64,000 bases of DNA from Octopus vulgaris. Lineage: Eukaryota. Position 1 is the stretch's first letter. Each line of letters begins with the position of its first letter. The DNA is taken from NCBI GenBank assembly GCA_951406725.2, contig OX597824.1:3534001-3598000 (forward strand). Reading direction: 5' to 3'. The translations under genes and the position numbers were made by a program. Below, one piece after another: positions 48,901 to 62,633 of the stretch. The notes under the pieces are model-generated. The model did not search any database. It worked only from the letters and a program-made list of their open reading frames with translations, and was not told the DNA's origin.

Positions 48901-50190
48901 GCCCATCATCGAATTTCACATTGATTTTGATTTCATTTGCCTCAACAGGTCTTTGCAAGCAGAATTTAGTGTCCAAAGAAGGAAAAGGTATGCACAAGTG
49001 GGCTGGTTACGCCCCTGGCATAGGCCACGAGGTTATAGTCTCATTTGGCTTGCTAGGTCTTCTCAAGCACAGCATGGTTTTTAATATATACTCTTCTAAA
49101 TTAGCCCTCTATTGGAGACCCCTTTTAAAATCAACCCTTCTTTGCAACCATTTTAAATTTCATTTATATTGAATAATGTGTATCCAGTTATAGCAAATAC
49201 ACATAAGTGTCAATAAATGATAAAATAGACAGGAAAGGTGAAAGTCTACAAATCAATTGGCAATAAAAAAACATAACCCAGTATCTCTAATCTGTGTACA
49301 CTGGAGCAGTGTTTTCCAATTTTTATAAGAAATATTTAAGGAAATTTAATGAAAATGCTTAACAAAATTGATAAAGAACAATAAAAATTTAGTCATATTA
49401 TATTGCTATAAGTCAGAATATCTAATGAAATTCATGTTAGTCGAATCTTAGTCAGTATTGCTTGGATATTTGGCTGGAAATTGGAGAGTTCTAAGCCTTA
49501 AATTACTGCAAACTTCCAGATTCAGTTTGCTAATGCTTCAGCACCTTTAATACTTTAAATCATTGCATGTGTTTATCAACCCCTTGGGTAGCCACATGGG
49601 GATCAATATTGACCATTTTGTTGACTTCTAATCTAGACAAATATCAGTTAATTAAGTTCATAAAATTATAAGTTGTTGTATGAAGAGGAAATGTGAATTA
49701 TAATGTTTTGAGTGAGACCCTTCACCCAAGAAGAAATGAAGACGAGTTTGTTGGATGGCTGCCTGCAGTCAAGAGCACAGCCCAAAATGTTACTATAATT
49801 TGAATTTTGTAAGCTGATTCATCCATCTATATTCTCCACCTACTATTTTTGGGAAGGTCATGGAGGTAGAGTCCTTAGTCACCTTCTCCTTAGGATATTA
49901 TCAGAAACAATCTTCATTAGACTTATCCACTGGATTCCCAAGTGTAACCAAATGAGACTACAGATATTTTCTAACCACTTTGTTCTTGGTTTTCTGCTAT
50001 ATCTCCTGGTGGTTGGCTCCGCTTGAAGAATCAGTCCTCTTATTCTCTCTCACAACAGTCTAATCATATGTCCATAGTACTACTCTTGCTATCCTTAGGT
50101 CATGAGTTCAATTTCTAGACTGGCATTGCATTGAGTCTTTCACAAAGACACATTCTTTCCCATTGTTTCTCTATCCTTAGCTGAAAATAA

Positions 50191-50233
<43 letters not shown>

Positions 50234-50596
50234 ACTCTCTCTCACCCTCTCTCTCTTGCTCTCTCTCCCTCTCTCCCCCCCTCCAACTGCCACATCCTCA
50301 AATCCTCAGTGTTCCACCTGTTCAAGAACGGAAGAGCCCTACCCTTGATAACATTGCATTCCAGAGCCATCTCGTATCCTTGCAACATTCTTTCACCTGT
50401 CTCTTTATGGGGATTTGTCTTTTACAACCAATATCTTTGCTACATATTTTCAGAGTTTAGACATTTTCTCAGTGTTACCACTATCTCAAGGCAAGTCAAA
50501 AGAATGTAATACAAACGAACAGGTAAGACATGGCACAGATAAAGCAAAGCATCATAATGTTGCCCTCATCAGCACCCTCCCCCACCTGTCACAAGT

Positions 50597-50910
50597 CATC
50601 ATCATCATCGTTTAACATCCGTTTTCCTTGCTGGCATGGGTTGGACGGTTCGACCGGGGTCTGGGAAGCCAGAAGGTTGCACCAGGGACCAGTCTGATCT
50701 GGCAATGTTTCTACAGCTGGATGCCCTTCCTAACGCCAACCACTCCGTGAGTGTAGTGGGTGCTTTTTATGTGCCACTGGCACAGGTGCCAGGGGAGGCT
50801 GGCAATGGCCACGATCGGTTGGTGGTTTTTATGTGCCACCAAAACGGAAGCCAGTCAAGGCGGCACTGGCATCGGCCACATACAGATGGTGGTTTTTAGG
50901 TGCCACCGGC
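50597..50910 (-). mobile_element. SINE-like family A, subfamily 2
   Basis: (CAT)n tail, body and monomers. Confidence 0.85.
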
Positions 50911-51839
50911 ACATCAACATTGATCACATTTTTTTTCAAGTTTGTCAACCTGAAATGGAATTTCTCTACATCTTCATTTAGTTCTGTACATTTGGTTATT
51001 CCACATTACTCAATGAGGAATACCAGGTCAGTTTCTCTGGTGTTTATATATTCCTCCTTGGACTGATCAACTTCAGCGTTACTCCCTTTTGCCCACTGAG
51101 TGGCCTGGAGCAACATGAAATGAAGTGTTTAACTCGAAACCCCAAAACCCTAAGAATTGTAACCACAATCTTACAATCAAGAGTGCAATACCCTAACCCC
51201 TTAGCTATGCACCTCTACATTTCTGCAATTTATAAGCACTTTCAAGGCAGCAAGCTGAAGCAACCATTACTGTGCTTGACAGAATGCTTTGCAATATCTT
51301 TTATGGCACTGAGTTTAAATTGCAAAGAGGTCAACTTTGCCTTCCATCCTTTCAAGAACGGTCAATTGATAGAATTCCAGTTCAGTACTGGAATTGATTC
51401 TTCTTTTCACTCTTTTTTCTTTCTGGAAGGAATCAGCAATGTTTAGGTCTGGAAAGGAATGAACTCTGCTATGTATAAAATGTCCATTATGCTGCCCCCC
51501 TTCGAATTCCTTCAGAAGTGAAGTCTCACACCTGCCATACAAAGTACATCTATTAACCTTTTCTTCTAAACATCTGAAACTACCTCCCTCCATGCCCTTC
51601 AACAACTAATTATTGTACGCTCTGAATGAAGATTCATCATCATCATCGTTTAACATCCGCTTTCCATGCTAGCATGGGTTGGACGGTTTTGACTGAGGGC
51701 TGGCGAACCAGATGGCTGCACCAAGCTTCAATCTAGATCTGGCAGAGTTTCTACAGCTGGATGCCCTTCCTAATGCCAACTACTCCGAGAGTGTAGTGGG
51801 TGCTTTTTACGTGCCACTGGCACGGGGGCCAGTCAGGAC

Positions 51840-52500
51840 TCACTCATTTCTTCTTAACTCGTCCATTTTGTGGTGTCTAACTGCATCCTCCAGACACCAT
51901 GCTGATCACAACACTTTGTCCTTCCTTCCCAGAACATCTGCTCTCCAGAATTCCTTCACTTTCTCATGTCTTTTTCACAGGTGTGGGCTTTCAAAGGTTC
52001 AAGAGGAATATTAATAGCAATAATCTCACTATAATATCTGGCTGAGGACCGATACTTGGTGAATCCCTCCTTGTACCCAGAATTCTTCGCTGTACACATT
52101 AGTGGTAGCATCCCTGTACAAGGCTTGTACAACTCTCACTAAACACTTGTCTATCCCTAGATTCCACATTGACCACCAGGTAAGAAATCAGGAGACCCTG
52201 TCAATGGTTTTCTCCAAGTCAACAAAAGCCAAGTACAGAGGTTTATTTTTGGCCAAGTATTTCTTCTGCAAGGTTACCTTACCAGAAATATAGCACTAGT
52301 GGTGCTTCTACCTGGTACAATACCAAACTGCATCTCATCCAGACTAATTCTCTCTCTAATTAGTTGGGCTATGACTCCGTAACTTTCATCACCTGGTCCA
52401 ACAATTTGATACCTCTGTAATTATTTCTAACTAAGGTATCACATTTACCTTTGTAGCACTTGACTAAGGTGCTGCTACACCTGTCATTGGGTATGACTCC
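51840..52500 (-). mobile_element. RTE-clade LINE reverse transcriptase fragment
   Basis: Minus translation MQFGIVPGRSTTSAIF...LQKKYLAKNKPLYLAFVDLEKTIDRV matches the QFGF.PGRST.DAIF / FVDLEKAFDRV RT motifs. Confidence 0.8.
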
Positions 52501-52717
52501 TCTTTGAACCACCATATTGTCAGCCACTAAGGGACATGGTCAACTGGTTAAGGTCAAACAACTGACAAAGCAAATCCATGGTATTGAGCAGAATATTTGC
52601 TGTATTTGCCCATCTTTTATACCAAGGCAAAACAATGTAAATGATAACACTTCCAATCAGTTAAGATCAGAAGCCATGAGAGCCACTGCCTGGTACTGCA
52701 TCAGAGCTGCTGCTATT

Positions 52718-52756
<39 letters not shown>

Positions 52757-53368
52757 GAGTGAGAGAGCAGTTCATGCCATCAAAGTGACACTGGGGTAAA
52801 ATATATGAAGCCCAATATACCCATCATGACAACCAGTCTGATAAGGGTACACCAGGCACATGCATCACAACCATATGTGCGCGACATGGTGATCTCATAT
52901 CAAGATAAACAGCACATGACCTTGCAGGTGGGGCCCAGTTAGAATTTTCTTCAGGTTGAGTAGCCCATCCCACTCAAAAGGTCCCTGAATAAGGGTTGTT
53001 TAAGGATGTTGAAAGAATCACCCATGTTTCCAGAGGTGAATTATTCAAACCCCAAAGAATCCCTCTCAACACATGGCTATGATGCTCCCCCACTACTTCC
53101 GCTCGTGATCAGAGATGCACATATCGTCAGCCACTAAGGGACATGCTCAACTGGTTAAGGTCAAACAACTGACAAGCAAATCTGTGGTATTGAGCAGAAT
53201 ATTTGCTGTAGCCCATCTTTTATACCAAGACAAAACAATGTAAATGATAACACTTCCAATCAATTAAGATCAGAAACCATGAGAGCCATTGCCTGGTACT
53301 GCATCAGGGCATTTATGGTACTGCATCAGGGCATTTATGGTACTGCATCAGGGCATTGGTACTGCATC
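52757..53368 (-). mobile_element. Family G retroposon, full copy with tandemly reiterated 5' end
   Basis: Collinear with 43802-44342; 22-bp unit TGGTACTGCATCAGGGCATTTA repeated about 3.5 times at 53294-53368. Confidence 0.8.
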
Positions 53369-53970
53369 TATTATTATTATTATTATTATCATTATTATTA
53401 TTATGATTATCATTATTATTATTATCATTATTACCATTATTATTACTATTATTATTATTATTCAAAGCAGCAAGCTAACTGAACCATTGTCAGAGCATTG
53501 GACAAAATGCTTAGCATTTCTTTCAGTTTTTCATTTGAAGTTCAAATTCTGCCAAGGTGACTTTACCTTTTATCCTCAACGTATCGGTTGAGCTCTGGAG
53601 TGAAGGTAATGGACTGCCCCCAATCCTCAAAATTGATGGCCCTGTCCCAGAATTAGAATCGTTAATATCATCATCATCATCATCGTCATTATTTTTAAGG
53701 TGGCAAACTGGCAGAATCACCAGTGCCTTAGACAAAACGCATTTCTTCCAACTCTTTACATTCAGAGTTCAAATACTGGTGAGTTCAACTCTGCCTTGCA
53801 TCCTTTTTGAAGTCAATAAAATAAAGTACCAGTCAGATACTGGGGTTGATGTCATCATGTAACCCTCGCCTCTCAAAATTGCTGATCTTGTGCCAAAATT
53901 TGACACAATTATTATTATTATTATTATTATTAATTGTATGGGTTAGTCATTGATTTTATTTTATTTTCAG

Positions 53971-54039
53971 AACATAGATTTTCATTCCTCTTTTTCGTCT
54001 GGAATAAATATAATTGAAACTCAGGTGAATAATGTTAAG
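53971..54039 (+). CDS. Candidate 69-nt phase 0-0 exon
   Basis: ttttattttattttcag|AAC ATA GAT...GTT AAG|gtaagg; encodes NIDFHSSFSSGINIIETQVNNVK; strong splice signals, no recognised homology. Confidence 0.5.
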
Positions 54040-54540
54040 GTAAGGACCAGCACAACAACAAGCCCACCTTGCACAAATGTCAGCCTCTTCCGTTTGCCTA
54101 TCATAGACTCTCAGATGGCTGGCTCGTTAGAAACCCATTTTATTGTCCAACTGGTTCGTTATTCACATCCTGCCACCGACCGGCCTTGCACTGTGCCTCT
54201 GCCTAAGGTACAAGTTTATCTTAGACTCAACTCTCTTATGTGTTCATTGGTTAATATTAACGTACATACTTGGAAAGCATTCAATCAAAATAATGAAGTC
54301 TCTTTATCTTTTACTTTGTTTCAGTCATTAGACCATGGCCACACTGGAGCACTGCTTTAGAGAATCTTTTTCCAGTTGAATGAATCGACCCCTTAACTTT
54401 TGGCACTTATTCTATTGGTCCCTTTTTGTCAAACTGCAAAGTCACAGAGACATAAACACACCAACATCGGTTGTCAAGCTGTGGTGGTGACGGAATAAAC
54501 TCAAACACAAAGAAACACACACACACACACACACATATAC

Positions 54541-54580
<40 letters not shown>

Positions 54581-55094
54581 CAAATCCTGAGGCTATAGTA
54601 GGAGACACTTGCTCAAGGTACCACACAGTGGGACTGAACCTGGAACCATGTGGCTGGGACTATGCAGCTATGCCTGTTTATACAAATGTAAAACACGACT
54701 AGCTGAATATTTCATCTCAGGAGAGATTTGTGCATTAAAAATAACACAAATCCCACTCAGAATGTCATTGAGGGATCCTCAAACCCTAATGTTTCAACTT
54801 TATTTATCTTCCTCAGTGATGAAGATTCCCACTGGTTATTCAGGATTATATTCTTTCTGATATAGAAATTTATAAACACAGTAGTCACTGATTTGTGTGA
54901 AAGCTGGTCAGGTTAAAATTAAATCACTACATGCACTTGAAACAGTACGAAATTTTAATAATGATGTGTATAATATTTAAATTTAATATAGAAACGTTGG
55001 TGGGACGAACTGTAACATTTTGTCTCAGATTGGAGCCTGGTGCAGCCATCTGGCTTGCTAGATCTCAGTCAAACTGACACACAAAAATACACAA

Positions 55095-55143
<49 letters not shown>

Positions 55144-55199
55144 TATATATATATATATACTTATATACTTATAAACACAAACACACAAACATATGCGCG

Positions 55200-55230
<31 letters not shown>

Positions 55231-56389
55231 GTATATATATATATATATATACATATATACGACAGGCTTCTTTCTGTTTCCGTCTACCAAATCCACTCAC
55301 AAGGCTTTGGCCGGCCCGAGGCTGTAGTAGAAGACACTTGCCCAAGGTGCCATGCAGTGGGACTGAAACCGGAATCATGTGGTTGGTAAGCAAGCTACAT
55401 ACCACACAGCCACTCCTACACCTATATGTAGGAAATACCACAAGGTATTTTGCCTTCCACACCACAACCATCACCACCCTCATATAATCTGAGTTATGTA
55501 TTCTGGTATTTGGAATAAACTGTACCATTTTTAGAAAACTCCTCTCCTTGGTTTACGGTTTACACACAGAGCAGTAGACGTCTCCTATAAAGTTTCCTCA
55601 TCACCCTAACCATCATCATCATCACCAATGGCACACTCATCACTACCACCGACAGCATCCCATTGATCACCAGCTTCTTCTCCATCGTCATTCTCTTATC
55701 ATATTCATCATTACCACTACAACCACAATCGCCACCCCCACCACCCCCATCACAAATACCATCATCATCATCATTATCATCATCATTACCTACCTTCATC
55801 ATCACAACTCTCCTTATCATCAGCAGCATCATTACAACTGCATCACTATTTCACCCACCACCACCACCATCCTTCTCCTTATCACCATCATTCCAGGTTG
55901 TATCCATTTGTATATTTTGGCTGCAGCTGTTGAACATATCATGTTAAATACATAATTAATTGCATAATTAATTCGTATATTTAATTATTATTACTGTTGC
56001 GGCTATTACTTTCATCACCACCATCATCATCATCATCATTATTATTTCTTTTTATCACAGATTTTGTAGGAACTCCTGAAGTCTTGTATGCGTAGTGGGT
56101 TTGCTACCTGCAGCCTACGCTACCATGTTATCTGTTCTTTCCAGCTTACTAATACTTTTCTGACTTATTATTATTATTATTGGCATCAAACTGACTGAAT
56201 CATTAGCAAGCTGGACAAAATGCTTAGCAACATTCCTTCCGGCTTTACAGTCTCTGTTCAAATACTGATGAGGTCAACTTTGCCTTTCATCCTTTAGGGG
56301 TCAAGAAAATAAGTACCATTTGAATACTGGGGGTCGATGTAATTGACTTACCCATCCCCATCTTAAAATTGGAACTTGTACCAAAATCA

Positions 56390-56612
56390 TTTATTGTCTT
56401 TGCACAGCTTCTAACGCTGAACATGTACTATGGTGTCAGCTGTTCACTACCAGTGAACTAAGGTAACACCCCTTATTTTTTGAGCACCATCTGAAGTATT
56501 TGAGAGGTTCCAAGCAGTACTGTTTTCTGCAAGTGCTCCACCCTTATTGCAGCCCTTAGTTGTTCCATGTACTTATCCAGATTTTTATTCACTGTTCCCA
56601 GGGCTCCAACAA

Positions 56613-56652
<40 letters not shown>

Positions 56653-57108
56653 CAGTTTCTTTCAATTTTGTTTCCATTTCTTTCTGAGTGTCTTCCTGAC
56701 ACCTAGAGCAAAGAAACTCGTTGGTAGGCCATTAAAATAAGCATACCAGATTGTTCATTTACAAAGTCATGTAGTAGCAAAAAAGGGGAAGAAAGAAATA
56801 AAGAAAAGGGGGAAAAGAAAAACAGAAAAAAACAATGAAAAATGGAAGCAAAGAAAATAAAGGGGGAGGGTAAGAAAGGAAATTCCCGATGACAAATTTC
56901 TTCTCCATACGTGCGACCAGTTAAGACAATCTTTTGTATTTTTTGCATGGATGGGTAAGCCAAGCATCATCCTCAAATAATTTCCACTTTCTTTTTTGAT
57001 CATCCAAGTCCTCTTACAATCATTGGTATTATAAATGTCTTGAGAGACCTCATTTTTTAAATTTCAGTCAGTAAATCTTTATATTTTGTGAGCTTATCAA
57101 ATTCTAGG

Positions 57109-57110
<2 letters not shown>
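56390..57110 (-). mobile_element. Two 3' fragments of RLE-type (R4/Dong-like) LINEs separated by (TAT)n
   Basis: Minus translations IVGALGTVNKNLDKYMEQL...LQKTVLLGTSQIL and KLTKYKDLLTEI...IIPMIVRGLG. Confidence 0.7.
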
Positions 57111-57152
<42 letters not shown>

Positions 57153-57356
57153 AGGTGGCAAGCAGGTAGAATTGTTAGCAAGCCATTCTGAGTTCAAATA
57201 TTCTGCCGAGGTCAACTTTGCTTTTCATCCTTTTGGGCTTGATTAAATAAGTACCAGTTACGCACTAGGGTCGATGTAATCGACTTGATCCCTTCCCCCA
57301 AATTTTGAGGCCTTGTACTTCCAGTAGAAAGAATTATTATTATTATTATCATTATA

Positions 57357-57755
57357 GGTGTAGGAATGGCTGTGTGGTAAGTAGCTTGCTTACAAATCAC
57401 ATGGCTCCAGGTTCAGTCCCACTGCATGGCACTTTGGGAAAGTGTCTTCTACTATAGCCTCGGGCTGACCAAAGCCTTGCGAGTGGATTTGGTAGACAGA
57501 AACTGCAAGAAGCCTATCGTATATATGTATATATATATATATATATGTTTGTGTGTCTGTGTTTTTCCCCCAACATCGTTTGACAACCGATGTTGGTGTG
57601 CTTACGTCCCCATAACTTAGTGGTTTGGCAAAACAGACCGATAGAATAAGTACTAGGCTTACAAAGAATAAGTCCTGAGGTCGATTTCCTCGACTAAAGG
57701 CCGTGCTCCAGCATGGCCACAGTCACATGACTGAAACAAGTAAAAGAGTAAAAGA
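57357..57755 (+). mobile_element. tRNA-derived CORE-type SINE (family B), full-length
   Basis: A box TGGCTGTGTGG, B box GGTTCAGTCCC, CORE-like ACTTTGGGAAAGT, internal (TA)/(TG), tail GTAAAAGA. Other copies at about 1290, 5170(-), 14505, 15245, 17530, 54590(-), 55258(-) and 62355. Confidence 0.85.
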
Positions 57756-58199
57756 GAGAGTATAAGGGCAGTGAAGGCGACAAGCTGGCAGAATCATTAG
57801 CACACTGGAAATGTGCTTAGCGGCATTTTGTCCGTCTTTATATTCTGAGTTCAAATTCCATCAAGGTTGACTTTGCATTTCACCCTTTGAGAGTCAAAGA
57901 TATCGGTACCAGTCAAGTACTGGAGTCAATGTAATTGACAAGTCCCCTACCCCAAAATTTTGTGTTTTGTGCCTATAGTAGAAAGGATTATTTTAAGGGC
58001 AGTGAGCTGACAGTATCCTTAGAATGCCTCAGTAAATGTTTAGCAATAATTCTTCTGGTTCAAATCCCACAGGAATCTTCTTTGTGTTTCAAGCTTTTGG
58101 GGCTCAATAAAATAAATACAAGCAAGTTGATAACATTGTCTGACCACCTTCCCTTAAATGTACTGGCCTTGTGCCTAAATTAAGATCCATTATTATTAC

Positions 58200-59050
58200 T
58201 ATTATTGAGTTGACTCAGGTTATTCTTGACAAGAAGATGATTTTTCTGACCATTTCCTTTTCCCAAATCATAAGCAATTTTAACTCTTCATAGTATCATA
58301 GTGGGTTGTGTCATGGCCATTACAAATAGTAATGGAGATTAAGCTATCACCTTGGAATATTCCATGTCTGATGTTCACTTTTCCAAGTTTTTGTTTTCTT
58401 CCTATCAATTCAATATTCCAATGTTTCATTAAGCATTTTCTCCATGTTTTTTTGCTATTCCAGACATGTTCATTGTTTTACTTGTCCGACTGTGTAGTAC
58501 CATGTCATTGGCTTTCTTTGTAATCTGGCCATGCTACCTTCAGGCCTGTCAATCTGCATCTGCAATTTCTAATTATCATCTCATCAACTAATAAGGGATC
58601 TTTTGCTGCCCTACTTTCTTTCCTGCATCCTTTCCGCTCTTCTGGATGTAGATTGTTACTTTCCAGATGGTTGCATAACTTTTCTGCATTGCTGTTGCTG
58701 TTGTTGTAATGTTATTACAAGCTTCTTAGCAGGAACGTTGTCTTCTGGTTTTGTGACATATCCTCTAAAATCTCAAGAATCTTTCTTATTATTCTTACAG
58801 GATGCAGAATGGCATTTTCCTGAATATCAACAATGTGTGTCTCAAATTCAGTATCCTTCAGCCCCTTCTGTAGCAGTTTGGATGTTTGCCAACTGCACCA
58901 ATCACCACCAGAAATAATTCTCACCTTTGTCTTCGGCTATGTCTTAATATTCTCAGGTTTCTCTATTATAATATTGTATTGGAAAGTCTATGGGCTAACC
59001 CCTTTTTTTTTGGTCCTCTGCTGTCATATCTAATCTACTAGTTTCAATAG
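58200..59050 (-). mobile_element. Highly decayed RLE-type LINE fragments (RT and C-terminus)
   Basis: Minus translation includes GIFQGDSL (RT motif) and ...IQENAILHPVRIIRKILEI. Confidence 0.55.
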
Positions 59051-59059
59051 TATAGTCTG

Positions 59060-59700
59060 TCTTAACCTTAAGCACACTGATTTGCCCCTAGAAACGTTTC
59101 CCCTACCACTGCATTAGTTTTGAGAGAACAAAAGACACGAACACCCACTGTTTTAAAGTTTTTATTATTTTCATTGTACTTTGTGTCGACTTGATTCTTT
59201 TTTTTGTATACTAATAAAGGAATGGATGAATGATATTTTTATGCAATGCATTAAGTAATAGACAGAAGAGCTGCCCCTCAAAAATGGCCAGTATTTTCCC
59301 TAGATCAGCCAACCATGGATGATTGTATCCACCCGGAACATTGTTCTCAATATAACTATAAGCTCAGTCTACATCCCCATGATCACTTTGAATAACTTCA
59401 GCATTAATATCTGCTTGAATAAATCCTTCAAAATCATCATCTCAGTCAGAATCAAACAAGATTTCTTCCAGAAAAAGCTTCAGTTGCAGCTGCAGCCATT
59501 TTCGTTCAGTAAAAAAATCCAAGAACTAAGTTCAATTTCAAAGCTTGATTGCCTCATGGTTAGAATATAGATAATGAAAATGGCATCTGAAAATGGAAGT
59601 TGAAATTCATTCTGAATTGAAAATAGCTTGCTTATGGCTTAAAGTACCAGAAATAGACATAGTGGTGTGTTTATTTTAAGCACCCTTCTCAAGGCAACAA
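59060..59700 (-). mobile_element. Probable piggyBac-derived relic (transposase N-terminus)
   Basis: Minus translation LEEILFDSD*DDDFEGFIQADI...YNHPWLADL resembles the acidic DSDSDxDFEGF N-terminus of piggyBac transposases; TTAACC at 59062. Confidence 0.45.
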
Positions 59701-60960
59701 AATACACCTGCAGTTACAGGGGAGCAGTTACAGGGGAGAAAACATGTGAGCCACAAATTGCGACACCAATGCAGAGAAAATTAATGAAGAAATCCCCTAA
59801 AATCCTGTAGTTATTATTTTCCATCATAACCTCTGGATCATGTTTATACCACTTTTCTGCTACTTTGAATCCACACTTGTCTTACATCCCAATACAGTCT
59901 TTTACCTACACAATCATGCATTCATTTATACTCTTTTTGTCCTAGCTTACTGCACTCACTTAAGCAAGGGTCAATACTTTTGTCTCCTTTCTCACAGATT
60001 CTGCATTTGCTCACTAGCTGAGTTTTATTAACTTTTGTTTTTATCGAGTTTATTCTAATGACTTTTCTCCCAAGTTTTTTTGGCCTTTGGCCTAAATCAA
60101 AAACAGTTGCAGTTGTTATTGTTTTTGTTGTTGTTGTTGTTTATTAGTCTTATTTTCATGGCACGCATTCACTGCACAGTGTTCTTTGGACATGTGCAGT
60201 CTTTTGTTTTGACTTTGTTGCATTTCTTGTTGAAAGTAGCTTATGTATTATTATCAATTATTATTGTTGTTGTTGTTCTTTATAATTTCTTATATCTAAA
60301 CAAAAAATTCAATGTGTCAACTTCTGACCTTTATATTTTGTTTGTTGTTGATGTTGTTTATTATTATTATTGTTGTTGTTCTTGTTATCATTTTCCTTTA
60401 TTGTATTTGAAAATGCATAAAATACATCATCTGCCAATTTTGACCATTTCCTCTGCTAAGCACTCCTTGTCAGTCATTTTCATATCGATCATAACAGACA
60501 GTGGGTGGGGTGGGGTGGGGGTGGCCTGGAGTTGTCAGAAATGGCAACTAAATCACCCATATCTTCATCAACATCTGCATTTTACTTCTTTTTGTTTTTA
60601 GGTTGTTTTATTTTCCTCTGTCATATCAGCATGATATGGGTAGGAATTATTGAGCAACATGCCAATTATTGCATGGCCCCTTATCACCTCTTTTGTGGGG
60701 TTCAGCAAGCCAAAAACAATCTACTTTTGCCTACTTGAACCCTCTGTTCATAACCGGAGTTAGATTTTGACTTTCAACTCCCAACTTTTCAATCCTTGAA
60801 TCTGAGATATTTTCTCTTTTCATGCTTTCATGTCAACAACCAAACAACACCATTAATGAAACTGTTGTTTGCAGTCAGTGAATGAGCACATGTTGAGGAA
60901 AATATGAAATCATACGCAAACACCCATCTTCATACACACACACACACACACAAACACACA

Positions 60961-60994
<34 letters not shown>

Positions 60995-60995
<1 letters not shown>

Positions 60996-61190
60996 TTGCC
61001 ATGTTTGACTACTAAATCTACAAGTTTTTTTTTCATTCTCTCTCTGTTTTCTCCTTTCTGCTGAAGAGTATAGATTCGAAACCTAAAAGCCTTTTTCATT
61101 TTCCTAAGTGTCAAACTAATACACCTGCTTGTTGTTCATACACCTGTCTTTGTATTTTATTTTCTGTAAATTTCAACCATATATATATAT
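60995..61190 (+). mobile_element. Short dispersed repeat with hammerhead-like motif, copy 2
   Basis: Homologous to 3960-4205; CTTT-CTGCTGA-A-GAGT-ATAG-ATTC-GAAA-CC-TA-AAAG. Confidence 0.5.
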
Positions 61191-61217
61191 AAATATATAT
61201 GTATGTATGTATGTATG

Positions 61218-61256
<39 letters not shown>

Positions 61257-62048
61257 CATCATCAGTAAATCACAAATCTGAAAGAGAAGCACACTCTAAG
61301 TTATAGATCAGTAGAGGAATTAAATAAAGATAGTTAGAGCCAGTCTTAGGGATTACCCTAGGTTTCACATCCATAAAGCACTTGGCTTTATGGCATTTCT
61401 TCAGACCTTAATGGCTGGTGGCCTACAACCATTCTCCAGAGTGGAGAGAGAAAAGACTTCATAGTTACTTGTTGAAAAGGGTTAAGCACAAAGGAATGTC
61501 ACCCTTAGACTTCTATCCGTAGTCAACGTGATCTGCTTGTGGGTTCCAGGACTTCAGTAGGATTTTCCTGAAGTGTAAGTAGATGATGTAGTATCCCAGT
61601 TCTTCTAGGACCTTCCATGAGATTACATGTGGAGTCCTTTCCTCCATCAGTGTCTAAAGCTAAGAACTCTATGGACATGAAACCTGGAGTAACCCCATAA
61701 TCCGAACATAATTATCTTTATCTAATACATATATATACAGAAATATGAGTAGCGAAGGAGATTGAAAGGTCAGATTTCCTGTGGAGGGGATAAGTGAGAG
61801 AAGGGTTCTGTGTAGGGCATTGAAGGTGTGACAGCAGAGTATGGTGGATGGAAGGGGGAGGAGGAAGGGGAGAGACTAGAGTATCATGGGGGCAAAATGG
61901 AAGCATATATGGCCAAGAGAGAGAGAGAGAGAGAGTATTTTAATGGCAGTAGGACTTCTTATAGTTGATTCAGAAATAGGGAGGTACAGCCATATGTACA
62001 TACATACATACATACACACACACAAACATATATGTATGTGTGCCTGTC

Positions 62049-62089
<41 letters not shown>

Positions 62090-62527
62090 ATGTGTGTACA
62101 CACACACACACACACACGCGTGCATAGATAGGGAAAATCAGCCTCAGTCCTCTGAAACAATAAAAGACAAAGTTGACCCTGGTGAGATTTGAACTCAGAA
62201 AGCATAGAACTGGAAGAAATACTGCAAAGTATCCTCTCTGGTGGTCTGACCATTCAGCTAATTCACCACCAGAAAGACAAAATATATTATGGAAACACAA
62301 CTCGTTAGGGGTGATTGAAAAGCCTGAAGTTTTTTGTATATTATTTTCATGAAGCATGGCTGTGTGGTTGAGAAGTTTACTTCCTCACCATGAGGTTTTG
62401 GGTTCAGTCTCATTGCACAGCACCTTTTAGGCAAGAGAAAAGCAGATAGGAAGTACTGGTGAGAAGTGGAGGGGGTCAGGGTCATGGTGTTGATAGTGGC
62501 AGCAGTGCCAGTGCTGATGATAGTGGT

Positions 62528-62578
62528 GATCATCATCATCATCCTCATCATCATCATCATCAACATCATCATCAACAA

Positions 62579-62630
<52 letters not shown>
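62528..62630. repeat. (CAT)n microsatellite
   Basis: Directly visible; gives the poly-M/H/I ORFs. Confidence 0.95.
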
Positions 62631-62633
<3 letters not shown>

